Source: Hydrurus foetidus (Eukaryota). Taken from it: a DNA stretch of 53,517 nucleotides. The stretch lies in NCBI GenBank assembly GCA_900617105.1, contig UYFQ01000729.1, positions 1 through 53,517 on the forward strand, given 5' to 3'. Under the pieces are notes generated by a model. The model was not told where the DNA came from. It worked only from the letters and a program-made list of their open reading frames with translations, and did not search any database. Below are positions 36,355-45,334 of the stretch, piece by piece. The position numbers and the translations under genes are program-made. Numbering within the stretch: the first letter of the stretch is position 1; the number at the start of each line of letters is the position of its first letter.

Positions 36355-37283
36355 AAAATAAAAAATCCTCAACAATCCGTCAATATCGTATCATATCTTT
36401 ACTAAATAAAGGGCTGAATAGCTCGTCAAGTGACTCACTTATTTGAATCATTATACATTGTAAAATGTCACAATGTAATACAATAGCGGAAAAAGAAAAC
36501 ATCCACGAAAAAAGTTAATCTTTCGATGTGATGCAAACAATTTACAGAAGATCAAAAGTTGAGTTATATTTTGCATCTTCGTTTTATTTAGTTTTCATCT
36601 TTATTGCAGTTACAATTGAATTTCTGCTACATTCTCCATACTATAGGACCAATTATATCTTTTCTAATATCAAGTTACTTGCGATATGAGGCCCCTATTA
36701 TTACTATATTACCTACGGAGAGGCGGTATTATATTCTGTACTCTGTATTTGACGATTAAGACGAATCATTTCTGTCACAAAATAGTGGGTACTGTAAATT
36801 GCAATAGGATTAATCCGTTCCATTGCATCGCGTTGCATCCCCTGTATTCTCTGCAGCGATGACACTCTGTATGAATCCTAGGACCACTGTGATATATGCA
36901 GTATGAAACGATATGGTATGTACTTATTCATTAGCAAACGATCACGCAAATAAAGTCAGATATCAACTCATCTTTTTTCTTTTTTAAATCGAAGTTCTCT
37001 ATGTGCTGTGTACATGGTCTGGTATCATCATGAACGAATGAAAGATAGAAAAGAAAACCGTTCAACAACTTGTATTCGTGAACGAATATTGTTATTTTGT
37101 TCGTTCATGGTCCGTTCATCATTCTTTGGTCCGAGCTGTGAAAACCACTCCTCCAGTCATGCACGGATGGTAATTATTGGTTATGCAAATATGATGAAAT
37201 CGGATCAAATGTTCATGAAATGAATTCAAATTGTTTTAGCTTCTACTTTGAATCAAATTGGATTATGATAACGTCGTGCATAT

Positions 37284-37427
37284 ATATGTAGCACACGTGT
37301 CCTAACACTCAACTTACTGCATAATACGGTTTAATTCGGTGTAGTGTTAGTATCCTAACACAACACCACACCGTATTTATACCGTATTATGCAGTAAGTT
37401 GAGTGCTAGGACACGTGTGCTACATAT
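37284..37427. repeat. 144-nt hairpin/palindrome (47-bp arms, 1 mismatch, further pairing inside the loop)
   Basis: 37284-37330 is the reverse complement of 37381-37427; inner stem gtgttag-tatc-ctaacac. Confidence 0.95.
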
Positions 37428-37440
37428 TTATAGGACGTTT

Positions 37441-37729
37441 CTATTTCTTGCCTCCTTTTCCACCCTTCTTACCTCCAGCCTTCTTCTTGGCAACCTTTGC
37501 CTTCTGGGCTTCTGTTGGGGCCACTCCAACTGGCAAAACATACTCACCCTTGTGAATTAATGCTTTCCCTGTTCGCTTCACTCTACCGCCATTTTTAAAT
37601 CCTGGAAGCCCACCAAGGGCTACACCAACAGCACCACCATCAATACCTTTAATTGGTACCTAATACCTTAATAGCACTACCTAATGAACCAAGAGCTCTC
37701 CCAGGAATTGAACCGAATTTAAAACCCAT
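37441..37729 (-). pseudogene. Small Gly/Lys-rich viral-type protein (one frameshift)
   Basis: MGFKFGSIPGRALGSLGSA.../PIKGIDGGAVGVALGGLPGFKNGGRVKRTGKALIHKGEYVLPVGVAPTEAQKAKVAKKKAGGKK. Confidence 0.65.
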
Positions 37730-38665
37730 TGTTTTTTATGTATATAAAACCTAAATATATTATTAGCCTGAGCCCATTTTTTGTTGTTTTATTTTTTGGG
37801 CAGATTCTTTTTTGTTGTTGTTTTCTTCGTTCTATTTTTTGTTCCTCTGTAAAACTACTTAAATCTTGCCTTCTATTTCGTGGAACATCTCCTATTGGTT
37901 CAGCAATTGAACCTAATGAAGATGCTCTTGATGATGCTCTTGATGATGAACCGAACCTGCCTAAATCTGATGTCAATGATGGATACAATGTCATTAATGT
38001 TGGACTTGTTGCCCTTTCCCTTGACTGTCTTCGTGATACTGATTCTCTCAATGCGGACTGAAATGGGGATTCTAATCTTGTCATATTTGGACCTACCGTT
38101 GGTATTATACTTTCTCCTGCTTCTATCTTCTGCTTTCTTAATGCTATAGCCTTAAATGAATCACCACCAAAAGAGGCTGGTTTTTGAATTACTTCCTCGA
38201 TTTCCCCACCGCCAACATCAATTTTTGTTGGGGGTTTAAATTTGGGTTTTGGTGGCCCTGTATCTATACTTCCTGGTTTTCATTGATGATGCTATTGACC
38301 CCCTCTTGCTGAACCTCCTAATGGTCTTACATCTTCTGTTGTTGTCTGTAATATTGTTGGTGTGGGATAAGTTAATGCTTGTAGTGATGGTTGTGGTGCT
38401 GTATTCGTTGGCATCGTTATTGCTGGTAAATGTTGGTATTGTGTCGGAAAATTATAAATGATTTGAGACATATCACTTGGTGCGTTTCAATATATTGAGA
38501 ATATATTGGACTACTAAATGCTCCACCACTTCCTCCACCACCACCACTACGACGTGCAAGGGCTCGTCTCCTTGCTGTTGCTCTTCCTGTATTTATATTT
38601 ACAACCACTTTCTGTGATTGCTTCTGTTTCTATTTTTGTTTGGTTTTCTTTCCTTTAACAGGCAT
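37719..38665 (-). pseudogene. Basic, low-complexity putative virion core protein (decayed)
   Basis: MPVKGKKTKQK*KQKQSQKVVVNINTGRATARRRALARR; fragments 38417-38608 and 37719-38084. Confidence 0.5.
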
Positions 38666-38667
38666 TT

Positions 38668-38922
38668 CTATACTTTGTTATTAGATATTATTGAGTTAAT
38701 ATTCAGTGCTATATATTCGTTAATGTAATTGTCATTACTACCCCAGTTGGTGTTATCATCTCCTTCTAAAACTACTTCTCTATGTCATTGATTTCCATCA
38801 TCACAAGTAAATACATCACACACAGATGCACTTTCGTGTAAATAAACAATTACACCTAATACATCAAAATGAACTATACTAAATTTTTTGGCTGTTGTTA
38901 TTGTTTGAATTAGTTCTGGCAT
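38668..38922 (-). pseudogene. Small hypothetical viral protein (85 codons, one internal TGA)
   Basis: MPELIQTITTAKKFSIVHFDVLGV...GNQ*HREVVLEGDDNTNWGSNDNYINEYIA. Confidence 0.5.
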
Positions 38923-39160
38923 TTCTATATATATGACATTATATTTTGTCTCACTAAAGCGTCCAGTTCAGTTTGGTATAGTATTACATTTATGTTTTTT
39001 TTTCTGTTATTCATTTTCTTTTGTTTTATATTTTTGCATTTTAAAACACCTGTATTTTTGGTATAACTTTTTAGTTGTGTCGCTGTCGTCTAAATTTATG
39101 TAACGATACATGTATTTATGTTTATATTTGACAGGTCTGCCAATACATTAATACTGCTGA

Positions 39161-40620
39161 TTAACTATTAACAAAACCATCAAAGAAGAACCTATATGTA
39201 AAATTAGTTAATGATGTTGATATTACGTATGCTGTTCCCGTGGTGGCAAAAGCATATACTGGTTGTAAAAATACTAATGGAGCATTAACACCTAAAAATG
39301 CGTTTGGAAATGTTACTGTTTGGTTTGCATTTGTCACTGCTTGGAACGAGCCACATTGTAATCGTAAAATTCTTGTTCCATTTGCACTACAGTAAGAAGT
39401 CCAACACCACCTGCTACTATTTGTACCAGACAAGTCACAGCATTATAATTTAATTGATACGCACTCAATGTTGTATTTGATGTATATGGTAATATATTTA
39501 CATTACCTGTTAAATTAGTATTGGCACTTACATTTACTGTATTAATTCCTGCGGTTGTATTCCACGTTAAAATATCAGGTTTTGCATTTGTTCCTAATCT
39601 GCCACCGCTCAATCCTTGTAATGCTGGTCCGTCGTTTGTCACATTGTATTGCAATTTATGATTTACATTACCAACCCCCCTTAAAAATAAACCAGAATCT
39701 ACCAAATATGTTGCTGTTGGATGAACCGCAATGTTATTAAAAGTATTTACACCAGTCCGACTATTGGTTGCTCCTCTCAATGTTGTAAATGACGCATCTA
39801 CATATAATTTGTTCGTGCACATTGTATTTATTGTTGGTAATATACTTGCTTGTGGTGGAACTGTGTTGAAAAATGATGTGCTATTGAAATTTACGCTTCC
39901 ATTTAATGATGTTGTGCCAGACCAAGTATTGTTTGAATCTAATAATGTTGTATTGTTTGTTGTTATTAAAGCATCTACCGTGCTTTTATTTGTCAGTTGT
40001 TGTGTTGTTGTAGCATTTACTGATGATGTTGGTAATACATTAAATACATTTACTGATGTATTGTATGTATTTATACCAGTCCAAGTACTCGCTCCTGCTC
40101 TTAAATTTATTATTGTTGTTGTATCTGCTGTATCAACATAGGTTTCATTACATAACTGATTGGCGGTTGTTGCTGATATAGTTGTTGTTGGTATATTGGT
40201 ATTGTAAGTTTTTAAACCAGTCGAAGCATTCGTTTGTGCCAGTAGTGTTGGTATGACAGCGGTTATTTGTGTTTGTGCGTTTGATGCTAGACCACTTATG
40301 AAACCAAGTTGTGTATTTGTTATGGTTGTTGAACCTGCTACTAAATTCCTTGATAAATTTATATTACCCAATACATTACAATTTGAGTTTATTATTATAT
40401 TCCCTGAGACAACTAAATTACCATCACAACTTATCCCTCCTGTTCCTGGTGCTAAATTCCCTGTTCCCGTTTGAACAAAATTGTTTGTTAAATTCAATGT
40501 TGTTAGCGTTATACCTTGTGCGTTTAATGATGAACCTGATGTCAATGCTCCAGTCAGTGTTGTTGTCCCACCAACAACACACGCTCCCGATATTGTTGCG
40601 TTAATAATCGCTATACTCAT
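39161..40620 (-). pseudogene. Fiber/tail-fiber-like protein with TNKxYVD repeats and a C-terminal gp53/H-lectin-like domain (frameshift near 39420)
   Basis: Thr/Asn-rich; repeats ATTANQLCNETYVD, ATTTQQLTNKSTVD and PTINTMCTNKLYVD, each followed by an N/S-T-W-x-G-like turn; C-terminus LQCGS...QTVTFPNAF...PLVFLQ. Confidence 0.65.
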
Positions 40621-40624
40621 TCTG

Positions 40625-41745
40625 CTATATTATAACCATAGTTTCAATAAGGTGGAACACTATACAATGTGTCTATTTCTGTTTGTGTTATTACACGGAT
40701 CTGTAATCGTCTATATTACTGATTAATCCATTACCTTATGGGTCTCTCATAATACTATTGTAACTACTATTATTAGAAACCAGTAGGGGTGCATTCACCT
40801 GTGTTGCATTTTATATAGTATTTACATAAAGAGCACCATTTGCTGATGCTGTTGATGTATATACTTCGAAATACCTTGTATTAATACTTATTGCACTGGT
40901 TGATGTAAGAGATATTCCTGTGTGTGCTTGTATTCTTATTTTGTTCATTAAATCTATTGTTGTAAAAAACCTTGTTGAACCAGTGGTGTTTTGGAATGTG
41001 GTTATGAACCAATAATCACTACGTGGTAATGAGGTGCATATAAACCAGAAACATATTGAAAACGCTGATGTTCCTACAGTTCTATTAATTACTACTCCGT
41101 GTTGTCCTATGGGTAATGCCCCTATATGTGTTGTCTCTAATCTATTTGTATCATCTATTTTGGTTAATCCTGTCAGTGATGCGTCATATACTAATGTTCC
41201 TGTCGCTAAATTTCCTATACGAATTCCATCTTCGTGTTTCGTTGTTAAATTAAAAATATTTTAATCTGTAAATGGATAATATATGATTAATCCTGACGGG
41301 TCTATGCTGTTAATCACTGGTCCAAAACGTTGTTGGAATTAATTATTATACAAAAAATCTAATTGAGTTTGTGTATTACCATTTATTACAGTTCCATTTA
41401 CCAACAAATTATTTGTAATTACTGTATTACTAATTTGTGATTTACCTGTTATTATATTACCTGAATGAACATGAAGACATTACCATGAAGGGGTGATATT
41501 TGTGATTGAACTACTGAAACATTATCATACAAATTATTTACTTGAACCGTTGTATTTACTATATTACCTTGTAATATTAATACACTACCATACAATGCAG
41601 TTTATGATGGGGTTATTGTATTTCCTACATTTCTTGTATTTGTTGTTATTGTGCCATTTTCTATTACTGTTCCCATACCATCACTGTTTGTTATTATATC
41701 ATTCATTGATTGGTTAGTATAATTAACATTTGACATTGAAGACAT
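40625..41745 (-). pseudogene. Decayed fiber/LamG-like protein
   Basis: Starts MSSMSNVNYTNQSMNDIITNSDGMGTVIENGTI; later fragments GLIIYYPF, FSICFWF and LYVN are typical of LamG/ConA folds; multiple stops. Confidence 0.45.
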
Positions 41746-41770
41746 TTTGTGTCTACATTATATGTAGAGT

Positions 41771-42230
41771 TTATTCATCAACCTCTTCAAATGATAATAT
41801 TAATACATAACTTGTTGGTATTACCGCCACATTGTCAGTCAAAAATGTCCCCAATGGTGTAAATAGTCTTAAATAAGTTATTGTTTGGTCTAGATTTAAT
41901 AAATACTTTATTATTTGACTGTGCTTCCCCTTTTAAAAACGTTGTCGCTGAAAGAGTGTGAGGCATGAATACTCCTAATGTATTTGTATTTATTTGATAG
42001 GAAGAAGCGAATGTATATATACGATATGTTTCTGCATTACCTGAACCTTTTTGGAATAGTGCTAATAATGAATATGATGTAACATTTACTGTGGCACCTA
42101 CAAATGAAAATCCTACTTTAAAACTTTTATTTGCAAGTAAAATACTCCAATCTACATTGTAATTTGCGTTATTTACTACTGTCCCTGCTATTCTTGCTCC
42201 TGAACCTGTTGATATTGTATAAATTGCCAT
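41771..42230 (-). pseudogene. Putative single jelly-roll minor capsid (penton)-like protein (frameshift near 41840)
   Basis: About 150 aa, beta-rich: NANYNVDWSILLANKSFKVGFSF...NTLGV...RPNNNLF, ending YVLILSFEEVDE*. Resemblance to PLV minor capsid proteins judged by eye. Confidence 0.5.
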
Positions 42231-42259
42231 CTTATACAATATACTTACATTACATTTTT

Positions 42260-42451
42260 TCAAATGATAATATCAATACATATTCTAACATTGAAAAAAT
42301 TATTTTGTGGTCCATTCATTAGTGTAATAGTTGTATCTAATTTGGACTCATTGTTTATTATTATTCCAATATGTTTTACTATTGATGCTTGTGTTGTTAT
42401 TCTTGGTTCATATACACTTGTTTGTCCTAAATCCAACTCAAGTATTGTCAT
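42260..42451 (-). CDS. Short ORF resembling the C-terminal half of the penton-like protein
   Basis: LDLGQTSVY...HIGII...GPQNNFFNVRI parallels GNAETY...TLGV...RPNNNLF of the neighbouring gene. Confidence 0.35.
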   Translation of the reverse strand: MTILELDLGQTSVYEPRITTQASIVKHIGIIINNESKLDTTITLMNGPQNNFFNVRICIDIII

Positions 42452-42465
42452 AATATAATATATCT

Positions 42466-43431
42466 TTACATTAATGTTGCTGTGTATAAATTCTGTATTT
42501 CTGGTGCTGTAAGTATTGATGTATAAAATCTTATATCGTCCATTAGTCCTACTAAAGTTGATGAACCTTGGTATGCACCAAAAAACATTGTTGCTGTATC
42601 ACCAGTCCAAGTCGCTGATGCTGATGCATTTAATACACCATTAACATATAATGTTGTTGTTGTTGCTGATGTTGTTATTGCGTAATGTTTCAACTGTGTG
42701 TTTTGTGATGATGTGCTTGTCACATCTACTCCAACTGTTGGAAAATTAACCGTCGCTCTTAAAACGTTTGTGCCGTTAAACCATATCGGTATTTTAGTCG
42801 TGCTAAAAGTGTTATCAGAACCTGATGGAGTAGCTGACACCGAAAATGTTTTCGTTGATGATAATGGCGTTGATGATACAATACTTAAATGTTTAGAACC
42901 AATCAAATTTAATACGAATCCACGAGTTCCATTATTTATCATTGCTTCTGCACCAGTATTTGTAATTATAAATCCATCAGCAACTATTGGAACTACTGAT
43001 GTTTCGCTATTTACTCTAAATGTATATATTGACACTAAGGTTGATGGTGCTGATGGGCCTGACGCTCCTCCTGCGTTTGTTGCTGTCGCTGTAAATGTAT
43101 ATGGTGTGCTTACTGTAAATCCCCATACGGTAATTGGTGATGATGACCCTGTCCATGTTAATCCACTTGGACTACTTGTCACTGTATAACTCGTTGCCCC
43201 TGCTGATGGTGTAAATGCTATTGACGCTGTCGTTGAACCTTCTGTTGCTATTAAATTTGTTGAAGGTAATGGAGGATTAGTGTCTTTTTCAATGTAATTC
43301 CAAGTCATCTTATATCCTCCTGTTTCCAAAATGGTTTCCCAATTGATTCCATACTTGGCGTCTTCTGTTGTGCTTCCAGTTATTCTATCTACACTGTTTA
43401 TTACAAGAGTCGTAATCCCACCCTTTGTCAT
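42466..43431 (-). CDS. FN3 and LamG/ConA-like protein with a penton-like N-terminus
   Basis: Intact 321-aa ORF. FN3: AFTPSAGATSYTV...YTFTATATNAGG. LamG: HYAIT...LYVNG...GLMDDIRFY..LTAPEIQNLY. N-terminus LVINSVDR..YGINWETIL..YKMTW. Confidence 0.75.
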   Translation of the reverse strand: MTKGGITTLVINSVDRITGSTTEDAKYGINWETILETGGYKMTWNYIEKDTNPPLPSTNLIATEGSTTASIAFTPSAGATSYTVTSSPSGLTWTGSSSPITVWGFTVSTPYTFTATATNAGGASGPSAPSTLVSIYTFRVNSETSVVPIVADGFIITNTGAEAMINNGTRGFVLNLIGSKHLSIVSSTPLSSTKTFSVSATPSGSDNTFSTTKIPIWFNGTNVLRATVNFPTVGVDVTSTSSQNTQLKHYAITTSATTTTLYVNGVLNASASATWTGDTATMFFGAYQGSSTLVGLMDDIRFYTSILTAPEIQNLYTATLM

Positions 43432-43443
43432 TATATATTATGC

Positions 43444-43863
43444 TTATACAAATAACTGTTGTGAATCACGACTTATTCCTTTTGCTCTTTGTAAAGCGCC
43501 ACTTAAATTTGCTTCATCGGAACCTCCTTTATGTGAACTTGGATTTGTAAATCTGTCTGCTTGATGTGCTATACCACTTCTTCTACCCGCCAACTCACTA
43601 CCTTGTCCCACATAACCCAACCCTTTTTAAAGTGTTGGACTCTGTATGCCTCGTAATTCTGGATTTGATGCTATTTTACCTCCAATCACTGAGGCTTTGT
43701 CTAAAATACGTCCTACATCACCCAGTCCCGTTGATACTGTTGATGCTATTTCTGGTGCTCGTCCTATGACTTGTGTGGTAAAATCCTTTGCCTTTTGGAA
43801 AAAACCTGATGCTATTGGTGAAGCCTTCTGGAAAATTTTTGAACCTCGTCGCAAAAAATTCAT
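43444..43863 (-). pseudogene. Small amphipathic-helix protein (frameshift near 43630)
   Basis: MNFLRRGSKIFQKASPIASGFFQKAKDF.../KGLGYVGQGSELAG...ALQRAKGISRDSQQLFV*. Confidence 0.55.
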
Positions 43864-43896
43864 TTTGTATATACTATACAAGATAAATTATACTTC

Positions 43897-44335
43897 TGTG
43901 GATCTGGCTAAAGGATATCACCTGATGACTTATAGTCCAACTGGTGTGGAGGCTACTGCAGTAGAACTCTGAGACGGCGAAGCTGCAAGCTATGTCGATT
44001 AAACTGCTTAGGTTTACAAGAAACAGAAGATCTGCAGTTGGCAATCTGCATATGCAACTAACATGTGATTGGCTACCTGGCAATCGAGGTGGCGAGCAAG
44101 GTCGAGGTGAAATCATGTGTGGCGTTGCAAGAAAGATCATAGCAGTTCTTGGCACTGAAAGGATCCCTTCGAATATGGGATGTATCGCCAACGGCCATAT
44201 CTGGTATGTACAGTGTACGTTCTATTATGTACGTACGGTTACACATATATGTATACAGTACTACCTAACGTGTATCTATACTACTATACCTGCTACTATA
44301 CAACAGACGTAACTACGTTGGTGGTTAGTCTGCCA
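43897..44335 (-). repeat. 3' LTR (minus strand) of a Copia-type element, preceded by PPT GGGGAG
   Basis: Minus strand reads GGGGAG|TGGCAGAC...GATCCACA; inverted homolog of 44791-45175. Confidence 0.8.
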
Positions 44336-44500
44336 CTCCCCGTAGTGAAGATGTATGTATGTATATGAGTGCATGTTTGCTAATGAGCTATCAATAACAC
44401 AATACAAATAACAAATTGCAGAAAATTATAGACTGCTGTGTGAGTAGTATACTAAAAAGTTACAAAATGCATTGTAAAATATTAAATAATACGCAAAAGT

Positions 44501-44790
44501 TTACAAAAGATATTTATAAATTATTTCTGAGTGTCCTATCATTCCTTCGATGACGATGGTCGGAAGCATATATGGTGGCAGGTCACCCATCTCTGATGGT
44601 GTGATAGTCTCCCCGAAAGCTGCATCCACTGTGCATGATGCAGGCCGTAGGTTCTTCAACTTGTTTCTGAGGCCAGTCCCTGACATAGAAGCTCCACTGT
44701 CGATGATAACTTTATTTTCTTTTGAGGCCATACCCAGGACTCGATGTGCCTGCCCTACAGCGTGCAGAAGGTTCAGTTTGGCCTTGGGGC
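44501..44790 (-). pseudogene. Copia-type aspartic protease fragment
   Basis: KVIIDSGASMSGTG...VDAAFG; joined almost directly to the 3' UTR, implying an internal deletion. Confidence 0.7.
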
Positions 44791-45334
44791 TGTCAGACTA
44801 ACCACCAACGTAGTTACGTCTGTTGTATAGTAGCAGGTATAGTAGTATAGATACACGTTAGGTAGTACTGTATACATATATGTGTAACCGTACGTACATA
44901 ATAGAACGTACACTGTACATACCAGATATGGCCGTTGGCGATACATCCCATACTCGAAAGGATCCTTTCAGTGCCAACAACTGCTGTGATCTTTCTTGCG
45001 ACGCCACACATGATTTCACCTCGACCTTGCTCGCCACCTCGTTTGCCAGATCTTAATCGATATAGCTTGCAGTTCCCAACACAGCGTTGTAGTTGAGTCT
45101 TGGAGTTCTACTGCAATAGCCTCCACACCAGTTAGACTATAAGTCATCAGGTGATATCCTTTAGCCAGATCCACATGGTAGCGATTGATTGTTGAGAGAT
45201 CACAAATCAAGTCTGAAAAACTGATCATTTTTACCAACCAAAACTGACTTATCAGACAAGCAAAGCAATGCCAGCCACTCGGAACAGAAATAAGAATGAA
45301 TTGATTTGCAACGCGATAGTGTCTAAACTAAAAT
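44791..45334 (+). mobile_element. 5' LTR (44791-45175), PBS (45176-45187) and start of gag of a related element in the opposite orientation, truncated
   Basis: TGTCAGAC...GATCCACA|TGGTAGCGATTG, then ATG at 45268 (MPATRNRNK). Confidence 0.75.

Larger units (their letters stand above)
37441..43896 (-). mobile_element. Decayed endogenous viral element: virion-gene cluster resembling Polinton-like viruses/virophages
   Basis: Abrupt shift to AT-rich DNA; about 9 tightly packed, co-oriented, intronless ORFs with TATA-rich sequence before the ATG; fiber-like, LamG/FN3, penton-like and basic/amphipathic proteins; many stops and frameshifts. No MCP, ATPase or polymerase in the window. Confidence 0.65.

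Noticed and set aside
43897..45175. Inverted repeats as TIRs of the viral element or a DNA transposon
   Set aside because: They have TG..CA ends, one is preceded by a PPT and the other followed by a PBS, so they are LTRs.
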